Positions 14,129 through 22,813 of a DNA stretch of 25,726 nucleotides are shown piece by piece (within the stretch, counting starts at the first letter, position 1; every line of letters begins with the position of its first letter). Both the position numbers and the translations under genes were made by a program. The DNA is taken from contig JBDHAB010000041.1 of assembly GCA_039588295.1 (NCBI GenBank), positions 1 through 25,726 of the forward strand, in the 5' to 3' direction. The notes under the pieces are model-generated. The model was not told where the DNA came from. It searched no databases and was given only the letters and a program-made list of their open reading frames with translations. Origin of the DNA: Gemmatimonadota bacterium. Its GTDB lineage: Bacteria > Gemmatimonadota > Gemmatimonadetes > Gemmatimonadales > GWC2-71-9.

Positions 14129-16957
14129 TCACCGCACGCGGTTGCCGTCCGCGTCTAGCAGAACGGGGCTGCCCAGCCCCAGCCGCGCGAGGGGCCTCAA
14201 CTGGGTCGCCGCATCTCCCACCACCAGGTAGATCAGCCGCTCGGGGTCGATATACCGTTGCGCCAGCCCTCGATGCTGGTCGAGCGTCATCTCCCGGGTC
14301 ACGTTCTCCTGCTGACGCACGTAGTCAAACGGGCGTCCGTACATCGCGATCTCGTTGAGCATACCCTGCAACGCAAACAACGTCTCGAATCGGCGTGCAT
14401 TGGACTGCACCAACGCGTTCTTGGTGAACGTCAGATCATCTTCCGAGACACCTTCGCGATACTTCATGATCTCATCATGGAAGATCTTCGCCGACTCGAA
14501 AGTCACGTTGGACCGCACGCTGGACGACGCCGTGAACGTTCCCGGAAGATGCCCGCCACCGAAGCCCGACCGGGCTCCGTAGGTGTAGCCCTTCTCCTCT
14601 CGCAGAATCAGGTTGAGTACGGAGTTGAAGCTCCCACCCAGCCGATGGTTCATGACCGTCGTGGCATGGTGGTCCGAGTGCGTGCGTGGGAGTCCCAGGT
14701 GCCCAACATAAATCTGGGACTGCTTCGCACCGGGGAGATCCACGAAGTACAGCGCCGGGCGCGTGGGGGGCGCGGGGTCGGGATACTCCGGCAACGCCAC
14801 ATCTCGCGCCGACCACGCCTCCTCCAGCGGCCGGAACAGCTCGATTGCTTCGGCCTCTGAGATGTCACCGGTGATCGTGATGTATGAAACCGACGGCGAG
14901 TAGTTGGCCTCGTAGAATCCCTTGAGATCGTCGATGCCGATCGCCGCGACCGATGCCGCCGACCCAATGGTCGAGTGACCCAGCGGGTGGTCATCGCCGT
15001 AAATCAACCTGTTGTACACGATGGACGCCACGGCCCCGGGATTCACCTTGCGGCGGTTGATGGTCTCAATGGTCTCGTCCTTGATGCGGGCAAACTCCGT
15101 CTCGTCCCACCGGGGCTCCAGCAGGACCTCCTCGAACAGCGCGTAGATGTCCTGCGCCTTGGACTTGAGCCCGTTCGCCCGGATCACGATGGATTCGTTA
15201 GTGGTGAACATGGAGATGTTGGCGCCCAGCCCATCGATCGCTTCCTCCAACTCGAGCGGAGTCTTGGTCGCCGTGCCTTCCATCATGATATCGGTCATGA
15301 GATTCGCGACCCCGACCTTCCCGAGATCGTCGAGCACGTGACCGCCGCGAATCGTGAGCGAATAGTTCACGAGCGGGAGCTCATGGTGCTCGATACCGTA
15401 GATCGTGAGACCGTTCGCATAGGTGTGTGTCCACACCGTGGGAAGCGTCACCGTGGGCGACGGTCCCTTCGCCGGCTCGACGGAGCGATCGAAGCTGGAT
15501 GGGAGATCCGCGACAGGCTCGGCCGCGGCCAGTGCCGTTCCGACCTCCGTCCCTGCCGCGTCGATGACCTCCTCTTGCACGGGGAATCGCTCACACCCGG
15601 CCGCCACCAGGTTGGTCTGGCCCTTCGGGACGAAGCTGGTGAGGACGAACGGCTTGCCCCTGATGTACTCCTCGTACACCCGCCAGACGTCATCCGAGGT
15701 CACGGCCAGCGACCGATTGATGTCCTCCTCGATGAAGCCCGGCGATCCGCCGAACTCGTTATACCGGGCGAGCTGGAACGACTTACCCAGGATGCTCGAG
15801 ATACCGTTGTAGAACCCGGTCTCGATCTGCGCCTTGATGCGGTCCAGGTCCTCTTCGGTGAACCGCTCTTCCTCAAACCGCGCAAACGCCTGCTGAATGG
15901 CGCCCTCGACATCCCCCAGCGGCTTACCGGGGAAGGCGCGGACACGGACGCGGAACGAGCCGGCCATCTCCCGGCTGCGTTGGAAGGCCGAAACCGACGG
16001 CGCCAGCTTCTCCTCCTCGACAATCACCTTGTAGAGCGGCGCCTTCTTCCCATCGGAGAACAATCTCCCCAGCATGCTGAGCGCATACGCGTCCGCATCG
16101 TACTGCTGCACCGTCGGGAAGACCATATTGAGCTCGGGCGAGCGTGCGAAGTTGTCCTCGTGAAATGCCCGCTTGGTCTCGGCGAGCGCCACCAGCTGCG
16201 GATCCGGATCGGTGACCGTGCCCACCGCGCTGATCTCGCCGAAGTACTTCTCGACCCACCTCTTGGCTTGCTCGGGATCGAAGTCTCCGGCAATCACCAG
16301 CGTCGCGTTGTTGGGACCGTACCAGGTGCGGAAGAAGTTGCGAATGTCTTCCACCGTCGCGTTCGCCAGATCCTCGAACGAGCCGATGACCTGCCAGTTG
16401 TACGGATGGTCCTCCGGATAGAGCAGCTGATCGATCACATAGCTCGTGTGACCGTAGGGGTTGTTGTCGACCCGCTGGCGCTTCTCGTTCTGCACGACCG
16501 CCTGCTGGTTGAGGAACGCCTCCTGCGTCACCGTCGGCAGCAGGTAGCCCAGCCGGTCCGCCTCCAGCCACAAGGCCATCTCCAGCGCGTTCTTCGGAAC
16601 CACCTCGAAGTAGATCGTCTGATCCGACCCGGTCCCGCCGTTCAGCGTACCGCCGGCATCCTGGATCTTCTGGAAGAATTGATCTTCGCCGACATGCTGC
16701 GACGACTGGAACATCATGTGCTCGAACAGGTGCGCGAAGCCCGTGCGGCCCACCTCTTCCCGGTTCGACCCCACGTGGTACAGCACCGCCACGGCGGCGA
16801 TTGGGTCCGAGTGATCCTCGTGGAGCACCACGTCCAACCCGTTGTCGAGTTGATACATCTCGTAGTCAATCTCGAAATCGGGGCCGGCTTGGCAGCCAGC
16901 GAAAAACGGCACAACGAGCGCAGCACCAAACAGCGTGCGTAAGGGTGCGAATTGCAT
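14129..16957 (-). CDS. M16 family zinc peptidase, fused two-half (PqqL/pitrilysin-like) lipoprotein, about 942 aa
   Basis: ATG 16957 behind AGGAGG; lipobox FAGC; active N-half (AHLFEHMMFQSS, WLEADRL, NEKRQ); inactive C-half with LREEKGYTYG. Confidence 0.95.
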   Translation of the reverse strand: MQFAPLRTLFGAALVVPFFAGCQAGPDFEIDYEMYQLDNGLDVVLHEDHSDPIAAVAVLYHVGSNREEVGRTGFAHLFEHMMFQSSQHVGEDQFFQKIQDAGGTLNGGTGSDQTIYFEVVPKNALEMALWLEADRLGYLLPTVTQEAFLNQQAVVQNEKRQRVDNNPYGHTSYVIDQLLYPEDHPYNWQVIGSFEDLANATVEDIRNFFRTWYGPNNATLVIAGDFDPEQAKRWVEKYFGEISAVGTVTDPDPQLVALAETKRAFHEDNFARSPELNMVFPTVQQYDADAYALSMLGRLFSDGKKAPLYKVIVEEEKLAPSVSAFQRSREMAGSFRVRVRAFPGKPLGDVEGAIQQAFARFEEERFTEEDLDRIKAQIETGFYNGISSILGKSFQLARYNEFGGSPGFIEEDINRSLAVTSDDVWRVYEEYIRGKPFVLTSFVPKGQTNLVAAGCERFPVQEEVIDAAGTEVGTALAAAEPVADLPSSFDRSVEPAKGPSPTVTLPTVWTHTYANGLTIYGIEHHELPLVNYSLTIRGGHVLDDLGKVGVANLMTDIMMEGTATKTPLELEEAIDGLGANISMFTTNESIVIRANGLKSKAQDIYALFEEVLLEPRWDETEFARIKDETIETINRRKVNPGAVASIVYNRLIYGDDHPLGHSTIGSAASVAAIGIDDLKGFYEANYSPSVSYITITGDISEAEAIELFRPLEEAWSARDVALPEYPDPAPPTRPALYFVDLPGAKQSQIYVGHLGLPRTHSDHHATTVMNHRLGGSFNSVLNLILREEKGYTYGARSGFGGGHLPGTFTASSSVRSNVTFESAKIFHDEIMKYREGVSEDDLTFTKNALVQSNARRFETLFALQGMLNEIAMYGRPFDYVRQQENVTREMTLDQHRGLAQRYIDPERLIYLVVGDAATQLRPLARLGLGSPVLLDADGNRVR

Positions 16958-17022
16958 GAAGCCTCCTATGGGCACAGGCGAAAATCCCCACCCGCCTGAG
17001 TCATCATGGTGGGTCCGGATGC

Positions 17023-17051
17023 AAGCTATTGGAGGGTACGCGAGCGGTCTA
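17023..17051 (-). promoter_or_regulatory. Sigma70-like promoter for the large M16 gene
   Basis: Minus strand TAGACC (17051-17046), 17 nt spacer, TAGCTT (17028-17023). Confidence 0.45.
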
Positions 17052-17123
17052 GGGAGGGTCGGAAACTCTCCCCACGCTGCCTCGTAGTGCATACTCTGAA
17101 CACCAACTGTACCGGGGCCCTCC

Positions 17124-18578
17124 ATGCGTCTCCTGTTAATCGGTACCGTACTCATCGCCATTTCCTCACCCGCCGCAGCGCAGCAGGGAGGCAACAGGTA
17201 TGATCCCGACCGGCACCATGCGGTGGTCGAGCTTCGCGAGGATTTTGCGGTGTTGAAGAGCTCACTCGAAGAAGGCCACGGCGGTCTGTACCGCTACTCC
17301 CCGAAGGCGACGATCGACCGGATGTTCGACGACGCGGTGAGCCGGCTCGATCATCCCATGACCGATCTCGAGTTCTTGGCACTGCTCAGCGGTACGATCG
17401 CCGCCATTAACGACGGGCACTCGGCATGTATCCTTCCGGGCTCGGCCCAGGCCTGGTTCACAACCGCTCCCCTGCACGTCCCCTTCGGCCTGACGTTCGT
17501 GGAGGGCGAGGCGCATATATCCCGCAATTACACCGACCGCGACGACGTACCGCTCGGCGCGCGCGTCATATCGATCAACGGCCAGCCGATGCGGGAAATC
17601 GTGGAACGGATGTTCGCAATTCTTCCGTCTGACGGCCGGGTCGAAACGAGCAAGTATCGGGCGCTCGAAAGCGACCGGTGGCTTTCGTCGGCCTACAATG
17701 CACTCTTCGGCCCGACGACCAGCTACGACGTGCGCTACCTCGCAACGGACGGAACGGCCGGTACGGTTGTGGCTGACGGAATCAGCAGCTCCACGCTCCG
17801 GCAGCGGGCGGCGCGGTACCCCGAGCCTCACCACCCACCCATCGCACTTGCGTACCGGCGTGGTGTGCCCGTATTGACCATTCGGACCTTTGGCAGTGGC
17901 GCGTACCGCAGCGCGAGCATCGACTACCCGAGGTTTCTCCAACGGACGTTCCAGGAGCTCGCGGATTCCGCGGCTCGCGCGCTGGTCATCGACCTCCGCG
18001 ACAACGGGGGCGGGACGGATGCGTTCGGGAAGTTCCTCGCGGCACATCTTCTGCCGGACGACTTCCACTACTATCGCTGGTTGGAGGTGAACCGGGACTC
18101 GTTCGCGTTGTTTCAGTTCACCAGCCAACCAGACAGGACCTACCCGCGGGAGCGGCTGCGCCCCAATGACCGTGGCAGGTTCGATACGCTCGGGCACCCG
18201 AACCTCGGTCTCCAACATCCACGCGAACCGGTGTTCGACGGCGCCGTGTACGTGCTCATCAACGGCCGGAGTTTCTCGGCGACCGGCGAGGTCACCTCGA
18301 TACTGCACCATTACCGGCGCGCCACGTTCATTGGCGAGGAAGGCGGCGCCGGTTATTACGGGAACACCTCGGGCTCGATCGTCACGATCCGGCTGCCCAA
18401 CACGGGGATGCGCTGCCGCATCCCGCTCGTGCGGTACACGATGGCCGTCGACGGATACACGCCGACCGACCGCGGCCTGATCCCGGACCACGAAGTGACG
18501 CCGACGGTCGAGGACGTACTCGCCGGACGCGACGCCGTGTTGGAGTACGCGGTGGCGCTGGCCAACGAGCACCGGTAG
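17124..18578 (+). CDS. S41 family peptidase (tail-specific protease-like) with PDZ-like segment, 484 aa, signal peptide
   Basis: INDGHS, RVISING, LVIDLRDNGGG, VYVLINGRSFSA (catalytic Ser), FIGEEGG and GLIPD motifs. Confidence 0.92.
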   Translation: MRLLLIGTVLIAISSPAAAQQGGNRYDPDRHHAVVELREDFAVLKSSLEEGHGGLYRYSPKATIDRMFDDAVSRLDHPMTDLEFLALLSGTIAAINDGHSACILPGSAQAWFTTAPLHVPFGLTFVEGEAHISRNYTDRDDVPLGARVISINGQPMREIVERMFAILPSDGRVETSKYRALESDRWLSSAYNALFGPTTSYDVRYLATDGTAGTVVADGISSSTLRQRAARYPEPHHPPIALAYRRGVPVLTIRTFGSGAYRSASIDYPRFLQRTFQELADSAARALVIDLRDNGGGTDAFGKFLAAHLLPDDFHYYRWLEVNRDSFALFQFTSQPDRTYPRERLRPNDRGRFDTLGHPNLGLQHPREPVFDGAVYVLINGRSFSATGEVTSILHHYRRATFIGEEGGAGYYGNTSGSIVTIRLPNTGMRCRIPLVRYTMAVDGYTPTDRGLIPDHEVTPTVEDVLAGRDAVLEYAVALANEHR

Positions 18579-18622
18579 GCAACGGATGGACGGATCGAGG
18601 GCGATCCCGATCCACCCTCCAA

Positions 18623-19945
18623 CTAACCGTCCATCCGGCTGTCTATCCCCTTCACCACCCGCAAGCACGGTTTCGTCAGGTAGGCGTTGCCACCGAGCCG
18701 CCCCACCAGAAAGGCAACGACCGCCGCCGTGACGCCAACCATACCGAAGTGCCACCCCAGAATCGGGAACCCGATCGCGATCGCCAAGACTTCGACTGCC
18801 GTGGCCCACGTGATCGGTCGGGTGATGCGGGCAACGACCAAGATCCCACGCTGATACGAGAGCAGCACGGAGAGAAACGGAATCGGAATCAGGATGATGG
18901 TCGGGAGGATGGCGAACCGCGCGAGTTCCGGGCTCAAGCCCGACACGGTCTCGAACCAGAACCCAACGAGGGGGGTGAGCGCGACCAGCGCGAGCCCCGC
19001 CGACGACGCGAGGCCAAGCCACACCGCGAAGCGTCCGAGTTCGGGAGCGTGCTCGTACTGCTTGCCCATGAGGGCGATGGCCACCTCCTGGAAGCTCAAC
19101 CCCATCGAGCGGAAGATGAACGAGAAGGACACGATCACCGGGAAGACCGCGAGCGACTCGAGTGGTGCCTGCGCCCGTCCCATGAAGAACGTGACCAGTG
19201 GCTGCACCGCGAGGCCGATCAGCGACGTCAGGGCCAGCGGATAATAGAACCGAGCGATGCGGTGGTAGCTCAAGCGCTCGCTTGGGCCGTCTTCGGACGG
19301 GCGCGCGTCACGCAGCCGCCGCAACGTCGCCCGGGCCATCCAGCGGCTGGCCAGCGCCTCGGCTGAGACTCCCGCCGCCAAGGCCGCCGCACCGACCCAC
19401 GCTCCCGGCGGCGCAATCGTGAAGAACAGGGCCAGCGCTGTACCTGCCATCGTCACGAGCCGCAACACCGTCCCGTAGGCGACGAGTCGCGTGCGGCCGT
19501 CCCGGATGAGCAAGCCCTGGAAGAAACGGCGGTACCCGATGGCGCCCGGCCACGGCAGCAGAATCCACAGTGCGACATAGGCGAGGCGTACCACTTCGTC
19601 CGGGAGGGCGATCAGATCGCGCATGACGACGTCGAAGACCGGCGGGATCAACAAGACGAGCATGATGGCAGTGATCGCCGCATTCAGTGCGTACGTGAAG
19701 TTGCGCAGTCTGCGGAAGCTCGGCCCGTCCTCCACCAACGCCGTCGACGCACTCATGATCATGATGACCGGTGCTTCCACGAGGAGTGCGAAGGCAAAGG
19801 CCACGCCGTACGCCGCGAGGTTGAACTTGGGGTCCGCCAGCCGCGCAATGATGGCCGCGAGAAACGGCCCCTCCACCGCCATCATGAGCCAGGTGGCGGC
19901 GAGCGGCACCCAGAAAACGAAGATGGACCGCTGTGACCGCTTCAC
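18623..19945 (-). CDS. Multi-pass membrane transporter, MOP/MATE-fold, ANKH-like, about 440 aa
   Basis: About 12 hydrophobic segments with a visible two-fold repeat (FWVPLAATWL...NLAAYGV / FYYPLALTSL...SLAVFPV). GTG 19945 chosen as start because the longer ORF overlaps DUF2177. Confidence 0.75.
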   Translation of the reverse strand: MKRSQRSIFVFWVPLAATWLMMAVEGPFLAAIIARLADPKFNLAAYGVAFAFALLVEAPVIMIMSASTALVEDGPSFRRLRNFTYALNAAITAIMLVLLIPPVFDVVMRDLIALPDEVVRLAYVALWILLPWPGAIGYRRFFQGLLIRDGRTRLVAYGTVLRLVTMAGTALALFFTIAPPGAWVGAAALAAGVSAEALASRWMARATLRRLRDARPSEDGPSERLSYHRIARFYYPLALTSLIGLAVQPLVTFFMGRAQAPLESLAVFPVIVSFSFIFRSMGLSFQEVAIALMGKQYEHAPELGRFAVWLGLASSAGLALVALTPLVGFWFETVSGLSPELARFAILPTIILIPIPFLSVLLSYQRGILVVARITRPITWATAVEVLAIAIGFPILGWHFGMVGVTAAVVAFLVGRLGGNAYLTKPCLRVVKGIDSRMDG

Positions 19946-20015
19946 GCTCAGGTTTCCGAGCGCCGGGGCACGGTGCCGTGATGCGTGTTCCAGCGGACGA
20001 CCGGGTACTCCCCGC

Positions 20016-20423
20016 TCAGGCGAGCCAACCCCAGACGACAAACGCCCGGCATGCCGTCGCACTCGACACGAAGGTGCCCCACACCATGTCGACGACCGCG
20101 ACGGCCAGCGGAAAGTCCCGCAACGTGGCGAGGTTCACCAGATCGTAGGCGGCGTATGCCACGAGCCCCAACAGGCCACCGAGGATTAGCGCACGTCCCA
20201 GCGATTCGTGCGCGATCGCTGGCTCCAGGACCAAGACCAAGAGCGCTACGACATAGAGAAGGTAGAAGACCACTGCCGGAGCGATTCGCATCTTGGCCCG
20301 CAGCAGCGACCCGAGTCGCTCCCGATAGAACCGCCGCGCGATCACGCCGAGGAAGAGGGCGTCCAGCGCGAGCAGGACGGGCAATGTCAACACGAACAGC
20401 TTGGCAAACAGTGAGACCGTCAC
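20016..20423 (-). CDS. DUF2177 family small membrane protein, 135 aa
   Basis: LD-LFLG-IARRFY, PAVVFYLLY, GLVAYAAYDLVNLATLRDFP and VDMVWG pattern; 4 TM segments. Confidence 0.88.
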   Translation of the reverse strand: MTVSLFAKLFVLTLPVLLALDALFLGVIARRFYRERLGSLLRAKMRIAPAVVFYLLYVVALLVLVLEPAIAHESLGRALILGGLLGLVAYAAYDLVNLATLRDFPLAVAVVDMVWGTFVSSATACRAFVVWGWLA

Positions 20424-20438
20424 GCCGCGGCCCGAACA

Positions 20439-22157
20439 CTACTCCACGAACAGCGGCACGATCTCGAACCGCTCGACGTCAACGAGCCCCATGTCGGTGA
20501 GCTTCAAGCTCGGGATCACCTCGAGTGCAAGGAAGCTCATGGCCATGAACGGGTCGTGAAGGGATGACCCCAGGCCCTGGGCCGCCCCGATGAGCTCCGC
20601 CATACCGTCTCGCACGGCTTCGATCGGCTGGTCCGACATCAGACCGGCAATGGGGAGCGGGAGCAAGGCTCGCACCGCTTCCCCGTCGGCCACGGCCTGT
20701 CCTCCGCCGGCCCCGGCCACCGCCCGTGCGGCGGTCAGCATCGACCGGTCGTCCGCACCGATCACCACGAGATTGTGGTGGTCGTGGGCCACGGTACCGG
20801 CAATCGCACCGCGCTCGAGTCCAACACCCGTGACCAAACCGAGTCCCACGTTGCCGGACCGTCCGTGGCGTTCGATGACCGCCATCTTGAGCAGATCCCG
20901 GCCGGCGTCCGACACCACCATGCCGTCCGCGACCGAGACGTCCATTTCGAGGTGCTTGGTGACGATCTGATCGGGGATTACTCCGATGACGCGCGCCTTG
21001 CGCCCCGCAGCCGGAATGCCGAGGTCCACATTCGTCCAGTCGATGCGCACCGTGTCGGGAGCCGGCGTTCGGGAGACCACGGGTTGGCCATTGAGGAGCT
21101 TCCCATCCGCCGCGACCAATCTGCCGCCGACATACACGAGCGTCGGTGCGGGCGCACGGAGATCGTTGAACACCACGAGATCCGCGCGGCGTCCCGGCGC
21201 AACGGCGCCGCGATCGTGTAGTCGGAAGTGCTCCGCGGTGTTGAGCGTGGCCATGCGAATCGCCGTGACCGGATCGACCCCTTCCGCGATGGACATCCGC
21301 ACCAGGTGATCGATCGATCCCTCATCGAGCAGGTCCTGGGGCTGCCGGTCATCGGTGCAGAGGCAGAGGCGGCGCTCGTTCTCTTTGGTCACGAGCGGAA
21401 GCAGTGTCTTGAGATTCCGCGCATTGGTCGCTTCCCGCAGATACAGTGTCAAGCCGAGCCGCAGCTTCTCCCGCGCTTCGTCGAGCGTCGTGCACTCGTG
21501 GTCCGACGCGATCCCCGTCACGGCGTAGGCGTTGAGCTGGCGACCCGAGAGCCCCGGGCAGTGGCCGTCGATGACGCGATCCTCGAACGCCCGGATCTTG
21601 GCCAGCACACCCTCGTCACCGTACACCACCCCGGGGAAGTTCATCACCTCCGCGAGGCCGAGGACGGAGGACTCACCGCGCAGGGTAATCAGATCGTCGG
21701 CCGACAGCGCTGCACCCGCAGTTCCCATATGGGTCGCCGGCACGCATGACGATGCATTCACGAACATCGCGAACGGCGCGTGCGCCGCGTCCGCGAGCAT
21801 GAAGCGGATTCCCTCGAGACCCAGCACGTTCGCGATCTCGTGCGGGTCGGTAATGACGGTGGTGATGCCGTGCGGCACCACGGCTCGGGCAAACTCGCGC
21901 GGCGGCACCATGGCGCTTTCGACGTGCACGTGGGCATCGATGAACCCGGGAGCCACAAACTGCCCACCCAGGTTCACGACTTCGCGGGCCTCATATCCCG
22001 ATCCCACTCCCACGATCCGTGACCCCGCGATCGCGAGGTCGGCTGGGTGAACCTCGCCCGAGAACACGTTCACCAGCTGCGTGTCTCTGAGGACGAGGTC
22101 CGCCGGCTCGTCTCCCCGGGCGACGGAGACCAGGCGAGAGAGCGACGAGGCAGTCAT
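20439..22157 (-). CDS. ade: Adenine deaminase (amidohydrolase superfamily), about 572 aa
   Basis: PGFIDAHVHVES, DPHEIANVLG, SCVPAT, GLAEVMNFPGV, DGHCPG, SDHE, CTDD, AHDHHNL and FLALEVIP-LKLTD-GL. Confidence 0.96.
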   Translation of the reverse strand: MTASSLSRLVSVARGDEPADLVLRDTQLVNVFSGEVHPADLAIAGSRIVGVGSGYEAREVVNLGGQFVAPGFIDAHVHVESAMVPPREFARAVVPHGITTVITDPHEIANVLGLEGIRFMLADAAHAPFAMFVNASSCVPATHMGTAGAALSADDLITLRGESSVLGLAEVMNFPGVVYGDEGVLAKIRAFEDRVIDGHCPGLSGRQLNAYAVTGIASDHECTTLDEAREKLRLGLTLYLREATNARNLKTLLPLVTKENERRLCLCTDDRQPQDLLDEGSIDHLVRMSIAEGVDPVTAIRMATLNTAEHFRLHDRGAVAPGRRADLVVFNDLRAPAPTLVYVGGRLVAADGKLLNGQPVVSRTPAPDTVRIDWTNVDLGIPAAGRKARVIGVIPDQIVTKHLEMDVSVADGMVVSDAGRDLLKMAVIERHGRSGNVGLGLVTGVGLERGAIAGTVAHDHHNLVVIGADDRSMLTAARAVAGAGGGQAVADGEAVRALLPLPIAGLMSDQPIEAVRDGMAELIGAAQGLGSSLHDPFMAMSFLALEVIPSLKLTDMGLVDVERFEIVPLFVE

Positions 22158-22206
22158 AGGTTCACGTGCGAGGCGGGGTCGATACGGCCTCCCGGTTCCG
22201 ACTCGT

Positions 22207-22614
22207 TCACACGGTCTCCCACCAGGAAACCTCACCGTCGTGCCCGCATTGTCTGCAGCGTGTGCGTTCCGGGGTACCGATGAGGCCGAAGCGCCAATGG
22301 CAGATCGGGCAGACGGCGTAGTACCGGCCCAGATGGTGCAGTGATTTCCGCTGCCCCACCGGCACGTATCCCACCCGATGCACCACAGAAAACCGCTTGG
22401 GCTGACGCGGCCGGACCTCCACCACTCGGCGCGGGACGGTTACGACGGTCTTGCCGATCCGCAGGGTCACGCGATCGGGCAGCTCGTCGTTCACGACGGG
22501 ATACCAGGCGCCGGCCCGCAGATTCCGCGACTGCGGGGGTCGAATGGCCGCGTAGACGCGCGCCCACGCTTGCGCCTTCAGGTCGTCGTCTCGGCCGGGA
22601 TCCGGCATTGTCAT
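22207..22614 (-). CDS. Small hypothetical protein with C-terminal Zn-ribbon (CPIC...CRQC), about 135 aa
   Basis: Two CxxC pairs; N-terminal beta-rich part WARV...LRAGAWYPVV; protein-like composition, unlike the other frames here. Confidence 0.75.
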   Translation of the reverse strand: MTMPDPGRDDDLKAQAWARVYAAIRPPQSRNLRAGAWYPVVNDELPDRVTLRIGKTVVTVPRRVVEVRPRQPKRFSVVHRVGYVPVGQRKSLHHLGRYYAVCPICHWRFGLIGTPERTRCRQCGHDGEVSWWETV

Positions 22615-22813
22615 GTGCACACCGGGCTGCTGGGCGATTGGACACAGGACTCCCAGTAATTGTGCAACGATTGTGTCAGATGGGGAAGCGGGGGCCCGGT
22701 CGCGGCCCCACATGCCGGGTTCCCGGTGTGATAACCCCGTCCGGCGGGCGCGGGGGGGGCGAGCAGCGTGTCCCCCTACCACTGTTCCGACCCCCCGTGC
22801 ACATTGCGTGGGC

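Noticed and set aside
14975..16942. 655-aa + strand ORF
   Set aside because: Antisense shadow of the M16 gene; long stop-free antisense frames are expected at high GC, and it has no motifs or SD.
16958..17194. Long N-terminal extensions in the ORF track (also 7417, 9983, 14122, 20062, 22235, 22613, 22815 starts)
   Set aside because: They overlap neighbouring genes or promoters; downstream starts have SD sequences, signal peptides or the family-typical N-terminus.
17262..19022. 586-aa - strand ORF
   Set aside because: Antisense to S41 and out of frame inside the transporter; Arg/Gly-rich with no recognisable domain.
22158..22206. Purine riboswitch upstream of ade
   Set aside because: The gap is only 49 nt and lacks the purine aptamer consensus.
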